DNA of 64,000 bases from an uncultured Coriobacteriaceae bacterium (GCA_900539345.1 UQBS01000001.1:6938-70937), one strand, 5' to 3'. Positions 26,727 to 35,111 are shown, counted from the stretch's first letter. Program-made: numbers and translations. Notes: a model not told the origin generated them from the sequence alone.

Positions 26727-28119
26727 CGCCGTCTCCGGCTATCAGCGCGAGGGCGCCCATGGCCTCGGAGCGCCGGCGCTGGGACTGCATGCTCCTGCGG
26801 CGCCGCTCGTCGTAGCCGAGGTCCTCGAGGAACTCGTCGGTCTCGGCGTACCAGGGCGCGACGCTGGCGATCTTCACGGCGCTGTCGGCCTGGGAGGCCG
26901 CGGAGGGCATGGCGGGGGAGCGGAACACCGCGGCGACGTCCCCCACGAGCTCGCCGACGCCGGCGAGGGGGACGTCGAGCACGGCCGCGAGGGACATGCG
27001 GGCGACGTTCTCCAGCGCACGGGCGTTGCCGGCGTTCAGGTCCTGCGCCCTGCAGACGAGCGCCTCCTTGGCCGCGTAGATGGCCTCGGCGGAGGACGGG
27101 TTGTCGTGGATGACGCCGAGCTCGCTGATCGGCACGTCCGTCTCGCCGGAGAAGCGGGCGGCGAGCGCGCGCATGTAGTCCACGTGCGGCTGCATGCTGC
27201 CCTGCTGCAGCTGCCCGAACTGGGGCACGTCACCGTCCTCGTTGACGCCGATGGCGAAGATGCTGCCGATGTAGGCGTCCCACTTCGTCTTGCTCTCGAA
27301 GATGCCGTCGTCGGCCCCGAGGAGGTACTTCTGCGGGCTGGTGAAGAACTCGGCCGATATCTCGGAGCGCAGGGCCTCGCGCACGGCCGAGTCGGTGATG
27401 CTCATGACCGCGCGGCTGATGCGGCTGCGGCCGAACGGGCGCCCCGGGTACACCGGCGTGTGCGCCATCGCCTCGAGCGTCGGCCTGCCCATGGCGTGCT
27501 CGTTCTTCCACGCGATCCACCTGCCGCCGTACTTCTGGACCTCCCACACGGCGTCGTCGGTGTAGAGGCACACCGCGCTCGGCTCGCACGTGCCGAGCGA
27601 GGGGCGCTCCTCGACGTCGACGATCGCCATGCCGCACCTCAGGCGCTTGCGCCGGCGGTCCCAGATCGCCGACGCCTCCTCGGCGCCGTAGGTGCTGATG
27701 ACCACGTCGGGCTCGCCCGGGCCGCCCATCGAGACGCTGAAGAAGGCCACGGAGTTCACGAGTTCGCCGTTGACGGCGCCGCGGTAGAGCATGTCGACCA
27801 TGTTGTCGTCGGCTATCTTGCGGACCATCGACAGGGTGTCCCTGTCGCCCGCCGCGAAGCCGTCGAACCTGCTCCTCGCGGCAAGGGAGTCGACCGCCTT
27901 GGCCGGCCAGCCGACCGCCGTTTCGACGTTGCGCAGCGACGGGGGTATCGAGATGCCGAGGTCCTTGAGCCGGTTGTGGCACTCGTAGTACCTGCGCCGC
28001 AGGACGTTGCGCGAGAGCTTGCTCTTCCACACCGCCACGAGGTCCCTCAGCATCTCGCTCTCCGCGAGCGGCAGGCCGCGGGCGGCGGATATCTCCGGGA
28101 GGACGCATTCCGTTGTCAT
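26710..28119 (-). CDS. portal protein (SPP1 Gp6-like)
   Basis: C-terminal 469 aa of track ORF 26710-29445. ATG at 28119 overlaps the TerL TGA. Position between TerL and MuF. Confidence 0.85.
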   Translation of the reverse strand: MTTECVLPEISAARGLPLAESEMLRDLVAVWKSKLSRNVLRRRYYECHNRLKDLGISIPPSLRNVETAVGWPAKAVDSLAARSRFDGFAAGDRDTLSMVRKIADDNMVDMLYRGAVNGELVNSVAFFSVSMGGPGEPDVVISTYGAEEASAIWDRRRKRLRCGMAIVDVEERPSLGTCEPSAVCLYTDDAVWEVQKYGGRWIAWKNEHAMGRPTLEAMAHTPVYPGRPFGRSRISRAVMSITDSAVREALRSEISAEFFTSPQKYLLGADDGIFESKTKWDAYIGSIFAIGVNEDGDVPQFGQLQQGSMQPHVDYMRALAARFSGETDVPISELGVIHDNPSSAEAIYAAKEALVCRAQDLNAGNARALENVARMSLAAVLDVPLAGVGELVGDVAAVFRSPAMPSAASQADSAVKIASVAPWYAETDEFLEDLGYDERRRRSMQSQRRRSEAMGALALIAGDGDGAAE

Positions 28120-29504
28120 CAAAGCAGCTTCGCCTTGCCCCTCTTCTTCTTCGCCGGCGCAGTGGCCGCCGCCCAGTAGGCGAGCAGCGCCGCCTCGACC
28201 GGCGCGGGGTCCGCGTCGTCGGTGGCGCCGAACACCCACGCGCCGGCGGACTGGTTCTTCTTGACGCAGCCGAGGGCCGACGCCGTGAGATTCTCCTGGC
28301 CGAAGTGGGTCACGCCCCTGTTCGCCACCGCGTCGGCGAACATGGCCGTCGCCTCGACGAAGTTGCGCGGGGACGGCTCCTTCAGCACCCTCTGCGCCTG
28401 TTTGTCGCCCTGGAGCTCCGCCCTGACGATGGGGGCGCCCTGCACGCCGTACACGGCGATCGCCGAGGCGACGTCGGCGCAGCGCGCGAGCGTCCTGGCC
28501 ACCTCCTTCGGGCGGCCCTTGGTGACGCCCGCCTTGACCACCTCGACGTGCACGGGCCTGCCGTCGCACCTGACGGCGACCGCCACGGCGTAGGTCCCGA
28601 CGGCGCTGAAGGCCGCAGCGAAGAACCTCTCGCCGTCCGTTGGCTCCGTCTCGGCGCAGCGCGCCCAGTCGCCCGGGTCGATCGGCCTCTTCGCCGACAC
28701 GACGCGGAAGTAGCCCAGGCGCTCGCGCGCGAAGCTCTCGGGCGCCATCGAGGCGAGCTTCGCCTCGATCGTCCTCTCGTCGATGCGGATGCCCAGGCCC
28801 GGGTTTGTCGCGTACCACCTCTCGTGGTCCGTGACGTCGCCGACCGAGTCGACGGCCCACTCGCTCCAGCACGAGTAGGGCGAGCCGCCCGCGTGCGCCT
28901 CGGCGTGGATGCGGCTGAACACCTCGGCGCCGCACCCAGGGTCGGGCGGGGTGCCGAGGAAGATGCTCTGCGGGCTGCCGAGCGGGGCCGCGTCGTTGAG
29001 CGCCGAGAGGGCCTCGTACTGCTTGTCGGTGAGCTCCTGGGCCTCGTCGTAGATGATCGTGTCTCGCGTGTCCCCGCGGCCCGCCGAGTCCGTCCTGGTC
29101 ATGCACTCGATGGCGGCGCCGCTCTTGAACTCGATCGCGCGGCGGCCGTTTCCCCTGATGACCTTCTTCACGAGCCTGTTCAGGTCGCGGAACGGCGCGT
29201 ACGGGTCGTTCGCCTCGGTGCCGAAGAAGCCCTCGGTGAGGCGCTTGAAGACCTTCTCCGCCGTCTTGCTCTCGTGCGCCGTGTAGAGGATCGACTCGCC
29301 GAAGACCAGGACGCCCGGCAAGATTCTGCCGACCACGATGCCCGTCTTGCCGTTCTGGCGGGGTGCCCCGACGCCGGCGGTGACGCAGAGCAGGCGGCCT
29401 TGCGCGTCGCGGGCGAGCCAGTCGTTCATGATGTACTGCTGCCAAGGGTCCAGCACGTAGCGGTACGCCTGGCAGAGCTCGACCGACAGCGGGCCGTGCG
29501 TCAT
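28119..29504 (-). CDS. terminase large subunit
   Basis: APRQNGKTGIV Walker A and IIYDEAQEL Walker B. Start uncertain: ATG 29504 or GTG 29537. Confidence 0.9.
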   Translation of the reverse strand: MTHGPLSVELCQAYRYVLDPWQQYIMNDWLARDAQGRLLCVTAGVGAPRQNGKTGIVVGRILPGVLVFGESILYTAHESKTAEKVFKRLTEGFFGTEANDPYAPFRDLNRLVKKVIRGNGRRAIEFKSGAAIECMTRTDSAGRGDTRDTIIYDEAQELTDKQYEALSALNDAAPLGSPQSIFLGTPPDPGCGAEVFSRIHAEAHAGGSPYSCWSEWAVDSVGDVTDHERWYATNPGLGIRIDERTIEAKLASMAPESFARERLGYFRVVSAKRPIDPGDWARCAETEPTDGERFFAAAFSAVGTYAVAVAVRCDGRPVHVEVVKAGVTKGRPKEVARTLARCADVASAIAVYGVQGAPIVRAELQGDKQAQRVLKEPSPRNFVEATAMFADAVANRGVTHFGQENLTASALGCVKKNQSAGAWVFGATDDADPAPVEAALLAYWAAATAPAKKKRGKAKLL

Positions 29505-29550
29505 GGCGTAGGGAGGGCAGACGTGGTAGGTCGGCACCTGCGAGCCGACC

Positions 29551-29844
29551 CTAGGAGGCGAGGCCGCCCTTGAACTTGTAGATGATTCCATTGAGCGGGC
29601 TCTCCTCGTCCTCGGCGCCGCCCGCGCCCCTCAGCTCGCGGCGCAGCTTCACGCCGTCGAGCACCGTGACGGCGAGCGCCTTGGTGTCGCGGCCGGAGTT
29701 GCAGCTGTCGAGGAGCTGGCAGCACTTGGCGACCACCGCCTCGACCGTCTTCTCGTCGTCGCCCTCCAGCCAGGCCCGCTCGATGGGGCCGGCACGGCGG
29801 GGCGGCGGCCACGTCTCGCCTGTCAAGGTCAGCTGTTCGCCCAT
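29551..29844 (-). CDS. terminase small subunit (P27-like)
   Basis: 97 aa between HNH and TerL. ATG 29844 after TGGAG. Confidence 0.6.
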   Translation of the reverse strand: MGEQLTLTGETWPPPRRAGPIERAWLEGDDEKTVEAVVAKCCQLLDSCNSGRDTKALAVTVLDGVKLRRELRGAGGAEDEESPLNGIIYKFKGGLAS

Positions 29845-29860
29845 GGGCCGCTCCAAACGC

Positions 29861-29880
29861 AAAAGGCCCCTCGCGGGGCC
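29861..29880 (-). terminator. hairpin GGCCCC GCGA GGGGCC plus TTTT between the HNH and TerS genes
   Basis: Read directly on the minus strand. Confidence 0.45.
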
Positions 29881-29963
29881 ATGTGGAAAATTTCATTGGG
29901 GGGATAAGGGCGCAATGCCACGGGGGTCGCCGCGGCCGGGGGGCGGGGGGATGCCCCCCTGGG

Positions 29964-30266
29964 TCACGAGGGAGACGACCAGTCGCGCGACGCCGGCGAG
30001 TCGCCGGCCGACCTGCCGCGGCGCACGCCGTTGCCGCGCCGCTCGTTGCACACACGGTGGGCGAGGTGCACGTTGGCGCGGTCGACGGGCGAGCCGCCGA
30101 GCGACACGGGCACGACCTCGTCGAGCTCCGGCGCCAACGGGTCGCCCGCCGGCAGCGACTTGTCGACGGGGCGCCCGCAGATCCAGCACACGTCCTCCTC
30201 CGCGAGGACCCTGCGCCTGAGCTCGCGGCGCCGGTGGCCGTTCGCGTACCTCGAGCGGCCGGCCAT
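29964..30266 (-). CDS. HNH endonuclease (packaging-associated)
   Basis: CWICGRPV...ELDEVVPVSLGG...NVHLAHRVCNERRG HNH motif. Start trimmed to ATG 30266 after GGGAGGGTG. Confidence 0.85.
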   Translation of the reverse strand: MAGRSRYANGHRRRELRRRVLAEEDVCWICGRPVDKSLPAGDPLAPELDEVVPVSLGGSPVDRANVHLAHRVCNERRGNGVRRGRSAGDSPASRDWSSPS

Positions 30267-30411
30267 CGCCACACCCTCCCTCTCGGGCGCCGCCGCGGCC
30301 GCGCCCCCGAAACGCAAGAGGGGGCCGACGGCTGCATGCCGCGACCCCCTCCGTGACTCTCTCAATCGACGCCCTATCCGTGCGAGCCTATCAATAGCGG
30401 CTTTCGGCCGC

Positions 30412-30468
30412 GCAGTCAACGCCAGTCCTTGCTAGTCTCTGCCAGTCTCGTGCTAGTCGCTGCTAGTC
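30412..30468. repeat. five to six tandem 10-11 bp repeats GCYAGTC(NNN)
   Basis: GCCAGTC at 30421, GCTAGTC at 30431, GCCAGTC at 30441, GCTAGTC at 30452 and 30462, plus a degenerate GC-AGTC at 30412. Confidence 0.9.
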
Positions 30469-30927
30469 TTACACACAACCTACACGTATGAGCGCGAGCG
30501 GGCCGCCCTGCGCGTCGATCCAGTCGAGCGCCGAGTCGATGGAGTAGCGGACCCCGGAGACGCTCATGCCGACCGCCTCGGAGACCTCGGCGTAGCTCTT
30601 GCACATCAGGTACCGCTCCTGAAGGCACGAGCGCCAGCTCGCCGCCGCGCGGGGGTTGGGCGGGCGCACCGCCGCGATGACCTCCCACGCCTCGTCCTCC
30701 CTGGCGCACAGCTCGTCGAGCCTGTCGGCCCACCTGCGCTTCGCCCTGTCCACCGCCATGAGCCGGCCGAGGACCCCGTCCGGCGAGGCGCCCCCGCCGC
30801 GCGTGGGCAGCGGCGCCGAGCCGCCCACGCCGTCCACCCGGTCCTCCGCCACGTCGAGCATCTCGCGCGCCCGCCGCAGGTCGTGCTCGACCAGGACGAG
30901 CTCCTCGAAGTAGTCGCGAGCCTTCAT
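30469..30927 (-). CDS. sigma-70 region-4-like HTH protein (candidate late-gene activator)
   Basis: C-terminal RYLMCKSYAEVSEAVGMSVSGVRYSIDSALDWI HTH. GAGGAGG RBS. Position just upstream of the packaging genes. Confidence 0.6.
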   Translation of the reverse strand: MKARDYFEELVLVEHDLRRAREMLDVAEDRVDGVGGSAPLPTRGGGASPDGVLGRLMAVDRAKRRWADRLDELCAREDEAWEVIAAVRPPNPRAAASWRSCLQERYLMCKSYAEVSEAVGMSVSGVRYSIDSALDWIDAQGGPLALIRVGCV

Positions 30928-30938
30928 CCGCCGCCTCC

Positions 30939-31079
30939 TCAGCCTATCCCGAATCCCCAGAGCACCGCCCTCACCAAGACGGCGACGACGGCCGCGGGCA
31001 GGAGCACCGCGGCCGTCAAGACGAGCCGTGCTATGAGCCGCCCGACCAGGCGGGCGGCGTCGTTGCCGTCGTTCCTCAT
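30939..31079 (-). CDS. small membrane protein (46 aa)
   Basis: GGAAGGTGG RBS and one long hydrophobic helix. Confidence 0.45.
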   Translation of the reverse strand: MRNDGNDAARLVGRLIARLVLTAAVLLPAAVVAVLVRAVLWGFGIG

Positions 31080-31197
31080 CACTACCACCTTCCGCGTCAC
31101 CTGCGCGTGCAGAGCCTGACGGCGCTGCCGACAACGAGGAGAGCCGTCAGGCCGAGGCTGCCGCGCAGCGCCTCGCACCAACCCCGCACCACCGCCC

Positions 31198-31584
31198 TCA
31201 CCCCCATCCCCGCCGTTCGGGCTGCCAGCCCTGCTGCGCAGGCGGCTGGCACGCCGCCTGCCGGGGCGGCAGGACGATGTCGGTCACCACCACGTCGAGC
31301 TTGGTCCGCACCTGGCCGTCGCGCTCCCACCTGCTGAAGCGCAGCCTGCCCTCGACGGTCACCGGCATGCCCTTCGCGAGGATCGGGGCCAGCGCCGCCG
31401 CGCGCCTGCCGACCACCGAGCAGTCCACGAAGTTCGCCCTCTCGCAGAGGTTGCCGGCCTGGTCGCGCCAGGACTCCCCGACGGCGAGCCCGAAGCCCAA
31501 CACGGCCGTCCCGCCCTGCGTCTCGCGGTACTGCGGGTCCCTGGTGAGCCTGCCGGTGAGGACCACCCTGTTCACGTCCGACAC
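31198..31584 (-). CDS. ssb: single-stranded DNA-binding protein
   Basis: NRVVLTGRLTRDPQYRETQGGTAVLGFGLAV OB-fold start typical of SSB. Confidence 0.9.
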   Translation of the reverse strand: MSDVNRVVLTGRLTRDPQYRETQGGTAVLGFGLAVGESWRDQAGNLCERANFVDCSVVGRRAAALAPILAKGMPVTVEGRLRFSRWERDGQVRTKLDVVVTDIVLPPRQAACQPPAQQGWQPERRGWG

Positions 31585-31600
31585 CCTGCGCCTCCCGAAA

Positions 31601-31634
31601 AGTTTTCAACCGAGTTTCAACCGAGTTTTCAACA
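31601..31634. repeat. three tandem 11-12 bp repeats AGTTT(T)CAACCG upstream of ssb
   Basis: Read directly. Confidence 0.9.
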
Positions 31635-31711
31635 ATCAACACAGCGCCCTATTCCTACTGGGAAAGACTCCCAGGTTTTTCTTTATTGAATGAATGGATG
31701 AATGGGCAATT

Positions 31712-31883
31712 GTTTTTGCAATTTGCAGATGCAGGCTAGTGCAAGCATCCGTGCAAACCGCCTTGAAAACCAACCAGCAAACGCATGTGCAAACCTTTTT
31801 GCAATTCGTTTTGCAATTCGTTTTGCAATTCGTTTTGCAAACGTTTCTGCAACCAGCTTTACGAACGTCTCCGCAACCAAACG
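31712..31883. repeat. iteron-like array: 3 perfect plus about 4 degenerate 12-bp TTTTGCAATTCG units, preceded by scattered TGCAA motifs
   Basis: Perfect copies at 31797-31808, 31809-31820 and 31821-31832. Visibly AT-richer than the flanks. Confidence 0.9.
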
Positions 31884-32276
31884 TCACGGCGCCGCCGACG
31901 CGGCCTTGTTCGCGCGCCTGGCCGCCACGCTCTCGCGCTGGGCCGCCGCCTTGCCCTCCTTGTACATGAACCTGTCCGCGACGCTCTGGATCCGTATGAG
32001 GCCCTCCTCCCAGCACGCCGCGTCGATGAGGCCCAGGGCCGCGAACTCGTCGAGCAGCTCCTCCGTCTTGGCGGGCGTCATGCCCCACTGGTGGGCGAGG
32101 GCGTCGACGTGGCGCCTGCCGACCTCCTGGTGCTCCTGCAGCGACGAGGCCACCATGACGAGAAGCTCGTAGTAGCAGCCCACGAGGGCCATGCCGCCCT
32201 TGCGCGACCGAAGCGACACCATGCCCAGCGTCGAGGGCATGGTGTTGGGCACCTCGACGTACCAGTCCTTTGCCAT
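31884..32276 (-). CDS. replication-associated protein, DUF4373 (Lin1244/Lin1753 N-terminal)-like
   Basis: 130 aa (MAKDWYVEVPNT...GCYYELLVMVAS). Weak family resemblance. Lies next to the iteron array. Confidence 0.45.
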   Translation of the reverse strand: MAKDWYVEVPNTMPSTLGMVSLRSRKGGMALVGCYYELLVMVASSLQEHQEVGRRHVDALAHQWGMTPAKTEELLDEFAALGLIDAACWEEGLIRIQSVADRFMYKEGKAAAQRESVAARRANKAASAAP

Positions 32277-32280
32277 TCCA

Positions 32281-32505
32281 TCACCTCCCGTTCCCGTTCG
32301 ACCTGTTCCAGGCGTCGACCGCCGACCTCGGGTCGGGGCCGACCGCGACGGGCGCGACCCGACAGGAGCGCTCGCGGCACTCCACGAGGAACACCCACCC
32401 GCCGCAGCACCTCGAGCGCACGACGGCGGGCGCACGCCCGCAGGCGCGGCACGGCGCCGGCTCGGGGAGCCCCACGTACCTGCGCCCGCCCACGGTCAGC
32501 TCCAT
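32281..32505 (-). CDS. Lar-family restriction alleviation-like protein
   Basis: 74 aa with CRACG...LVECRERSC...AVDAWNRSNG, i.e. the CxxC...C..C...A..aWNrR pattern. Confidence 0.6.
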   Translation of the reverse strand: MELTVGGRRYVGLPEPAPCRACGRAPAVVRSRCCGGWVFLVECRERSCRVAPVAVGPDPRSAVDAWNRSNGNGR

Positions 32506-32705
32506 GGCCCGCGCCCCCTCCCGGTGCCGCCGCCCCTGGCGCGCGGCCTGGGCAGCGGCACGCCCATCCTGCGCAGCTCGGCCGCCGCGATCGGCGGCGT
32601 CGTGCCGCCTGCCTCGGCGACGGAGAGGATCGAGCCGCCGCACAGGGCCACGAGCCGCATGCTCCGGCGCTCCTCGTCCGAGAACACCCTCTTCAACGCA
32701 AACAC
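32496..32705 (-). CDS. hypothetical protein
   Basis: 69-aa track ORF with balanced composition in the early operon. Confidence 0.35.
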   Translation of the reverse strand: MFALKRVFSDEERRSMRLVALCGGSILSVAEAGGTTPPIAAAELRRMGVPLPRPRARGGGTGRGRGPWS

Positions 32706-32742
32706 CTCCCACGGGGCCCCACGGGGCCGCAGGCGACGGCAT

Positions 32743-33126
32743 CTAGGCCACGGCCCTCAGCAGGGCCGCGACCGCCAGCACGGCGTCGACCACGAGCGCC
32801 ACGGCGACGGCGAAGCCGGCCTTCCCCCAGGTGTCGAAGGCCTCGAGCATGTCCCGCTCGAGCGCGGCGAGCCGCGATCGGCTTTTGTCGACCCGCTGGG
32901 ACACAATGAGCATCTGCCTGTCAAGCAAGCAGACGCGGCCGTCGACCTCCTCCACCGAGCGCCTCAGGGCGCCCATGGGGTCGAGCGGCGCCGTGCACGA
33001 CGGCTCCTCGAGCCCCTCGCATGCCGGCACGTCCTCGTGCACGCCCTGCGGCGTCTCCCGGCGCATCGCGTCCCGGCCGCCCTTCGCGGCCCTCACCCTG
33101 CCGTCGTGCCTCATTTCTTCTCCCAT
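32743..33126 (-). CDS. hypothetical protein with C-terminal transmembrane helix
   Basis: 127 aa, GGAAGGGA RBS, AGFAVAVALVVDAVLAVAALL helix. Confidence 0.45.
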   Translation of the reverse strand: MGEEMRHDGRVRAAKGGRDAMRRETPQGVHEDVPACEGLEEPSCTAPLDPMGALRRSVEEVDGRVCLLDRQMLIVSQRVDKSRSRLAALERDMLEAFDTWGKAGFAVAVALVVDAVLAVAALLRAVA

Positions 33127-33146
33127 CGTCTGTCCCTTCCTATCGT

Positions 33147-33341
33147 CTACGGCTCGAACAGGCCCCTCGGGTCGCACCCCAGCACCTCCGCGAGCCTGCA
33201 CAGCTTGTCGAGGGTCATCGTCGACATCCCCCGGTCGGACACCCAGTGGCTGACGGCCTGGCGGGAAACCCCCATGGACTTCGCCAGCTCGCCCTTTTTC
33301 ATCCTCCGGTCGGCGAGCACGACCTCAAGCCTCGACTTCAT
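33147..33341 (-). CDS. small XRE/Cro-type HTH protein, paralogue 1 of 3
   Basis: 64 aa: MKSRLEVVLADRRMKKGELAKSMGVSRQAVSHW...LGCDPRGLFEP. Confidence 0.75.
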   Translation of the reverse strand: MKSRLEVVLADRRMKKGELAKSMGVSRQAVSHWVSDRGMSTMTLDKLCRLAEVLGCDPRGLFEP

Positions 33342-33536
33342 CTCCTGTACACTCCTTGTAAAGTGCCGCCTGTTTAAAACCAGAGGCGCCCGTGCGCTGC
33401 GCCCCCTGCGGGATGGGCGGGCCGACACACCGCCGCGATGCCCACGCCGGCGGCGTTTCGACGAGGGAGGCGTGTATGCCCGCCCCTCCCGAAGTGCCCG
33501 CCCCGCAGGGGGCGCAGGGCGCACGCGCACGCGCCG

Positions 33537-33788
33537 TCACGCGATCACCGCGACCTCTCGGAACTCGCAGCCGAGGCATGTGCCCACGACCCCGAGGACC
33601 TCGCGGGCGGCCCGCTCGTCGCCCTCGAACCAGACCACCCTGGTCTTCCCGGTGACGTCCTTCACCTCGCAGCACCAGCTGCCCGGGCCCAAGCCGCTCA
33701 CCCAGGCCCTGAAGCCGCCGTTGGTGCAGCTGAACTCGTAGCGCAGGTCCGTGTCCGCAACGCCGTGCGGGCGCAACGCCGCCCCCAT
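33537..33788 (-). CDS. hypothetical protein
   Basis: 83-aa track ORF that abuts the upstream gene. Confidence 0.45.
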   Translation of the reverse strand: MGAALRPHGVADTDLRYEFSCTNGGFRAWVSGLGPGSWCCEVKDVTGKTRVVWFEGDERAAREVLGVVGTCLGCEFREVAVIA

Positions 33789-33789
33789 G

Positions 33790-33960
33790 TCAGCACCTCG
33801 CGGGGGCGGGCGCCTTCGGCCGCTCCGCCGCCCTGGACTCGCGCCACGCCATGAAAATCGGCCACAACGCGTTCGCCATCACGGTCGCCCTCACGCTCTC
33901 GGGCGGTATGCGCGGTGCCTCTCCGCGATGCCGCGCAGGCGCCTCGACTGTCTCGTCCAT
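33790..33960 (-). CDS. hypothetical protein
   Basis: 56 aa. GAGGAGG RBS 5 nt upstream of ATG 33960. Confidence 0.45.
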   Translation of the reverse strand: MDETVEAPARHRGEAPRIPPESVRATVMANALWPIFMAWRESRAAERPKAPAPARC

Positions 33961-33962
33961 CG

Positions 33963-34172
33963 CTACCTCCTCGTCAGCAGCCATGCCGGCAGGCCCACGA
34001 AGGCGCCCGCCGCGAGCGCAAGCCCCAGCGCGTCGAAGAGCGCCGGGCACGCCTCGTCGAGCACCTGCGGCAGCACCACGCCGCCGACCACGAAAACCAC
34101 GGCGGCGAGCGCGCCCGCGAGGGCCTCCGCCCACTCCCGGAACTCGTCAAACCATGCTGTGCTAGAATCCAT
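33963..34172 (-). CDS. small membrane protein (two predicted helices)
   Basis: 69 aa: MDSSTAWFDEFREWAEALAGALAAVVFVVGGVVLP... Confidence 0.45.
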   Translation of the reverse strand: MDSSTAWFDEFREWAEALAGALAAVVFVVGGVVLPQVLDEACPALFDALGLALAAGAFVGLPAWLLTRR

Positions 34173-34239
34173 CCCGTCATCTTCCCTTCGATGGTGACCA
34201 TGGCCCCGGCGAGCTGCTATCTCGCGCGGGGCCGCTCTT

Positions 34240-34434
34240 TTACGGCTCGAACAAATCCCTCGGGTCGCACACCAGGGCGTCAGCGACGCGGCAGAGCTTG
34301 CCCACCGTGAGGCCGGCCATGCCCTTGTCGGTGCACCACTTCCCCACCGCCTGCGGGCGCACGCCCACGTCATCCGCCAGCTCGCGCTTCTTCACGCGCC
34401 TTTCCGCCAGCATGTCCTCCAACCTCGACTTCAT
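34240..34434 (-). CDS. small XRE/Cro-type HTH protein, paralogue 2 of 3
   Basis: 64 aa. GGAGG RBS. Shares a 49-nt identical block with paralogue 3. Confidence 0.75.
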   Translation of the reverse strand: MKSRLEDMLAERRVKKRELADDVGVRPQAVGKWCTDKGMAGLTVGKLCRVADALVCDPRDLFEP

Positions 34435-34719
34435 CGCACAACCTCCGTTCTCGTTGTTCATCTGTCCGCCCCGTGCGTAGACTCCCGTTTATCCGCCGAA
34501 AACAGGCGGTGCCCGGCGCGTGCCGGCGCCGGGCGGCCTATTCCCGAGGAGATTGGAGACTCCATGGCCAAGAACATCCACAAGCCCGGAGAGGACAACC
34601 AGACCCCGGAAGGTGGGTCGAGGTGGGGCCTCGTGGCGGGGAGGTCAGCAACCCCCGCGTCGTGCACATCGGTCAGGGGGACAGGCTCCCCTCGACCCAG
34701 CAACCCGGCAGGGGATGGG

Positions 34720-34893
34720 TCAGGAAATAGCGCCGTCGGAGGGCCCCGAGAGGGGCCTTCCCTCTATACGCATCCTCTTGCGAGACAGGCACCACGAGCG
34801 GTTGAAAAGCTCGAGCTGGATCCAAGACTCGACCCAGAGCACACCGTCCTCCTCGTACTTCGTCATGTAGTGCCGCAGCGGCGATGGCCACAT
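34720..34893 (-). CDS. hypothetical protein
   Basis: 57 aa. GGGAGGGAGG RBS 7 nt upstream. Confidence 0.45.
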   Translation of the reverse strand: MWPSPLRHYMTKYEEDGVLWVESWIQLELFNRSWCLSRKRMRIEGRPLSGPSDGAIS

Positions 34894-34916
34894 GCGACCA
34901 CCTCCCTCCCTGAGCC

Positions 34917-35111
34917 TCACGGTTCGAACAGATCTCTCGGGTCGCACCCCAGCGCCTGCGCCACGCGGCAGAGCTTGCCCACCGTGAGGCCGGCCATGCC
35001 CTTGTCGGTGCTCCACACGTGCACGGCCTGCCTGTGCACGCAGAGCTCCCGCGCCAGGGCGGTCTTCGTCACCCGCTTCTCAGCGAGCACGACGTTCAAC
35101 CTCGACCTCAT
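34917..35111 (-). CDS. small XRE/Cro-type HTH protein, paralogue 3 of 3
   Basis: 64 aa: MRSRLNVVLAEKRVTKTALARELCVHRQAVHVW...LGCDPRDLFEP. Confidence 0.75.
   Translation of the reverse strand: MRSRLNVVLAEKRVTKTALARELCVHRQAVHVWSTDKGMAGLTVGKLCRVAQALGCDPRDLFEP

Noticed and set aside
26710-29445. The 911-aa track ORF taken as a single giant protein.
   Set aside because: Only the C-terminal 469 aa (from ATG 28119) read as a portal protein. The upstream part is the off-frame shadow of the terminase large subunit gene.
30412-31883. CRISPR array.
   Set aside because: The repeats are 10-12 bp, directly abutting with no spacers, and no cas genes are present.
31636-32172. ORFs running through the repeat arrays (31636-32088 -, 31683-31880 -, 31694-31969 +, 31702-32172 +, 31785-32909 +).
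   Set aside because: They translate to periodic artefacts (CKTNCKTNCKTN, AKRIAKRIAKRI, FAIRFAIRFAIR) generated by the 12-bp DNA repeat in every frame. The region is better explained as a non-coding iteron array.
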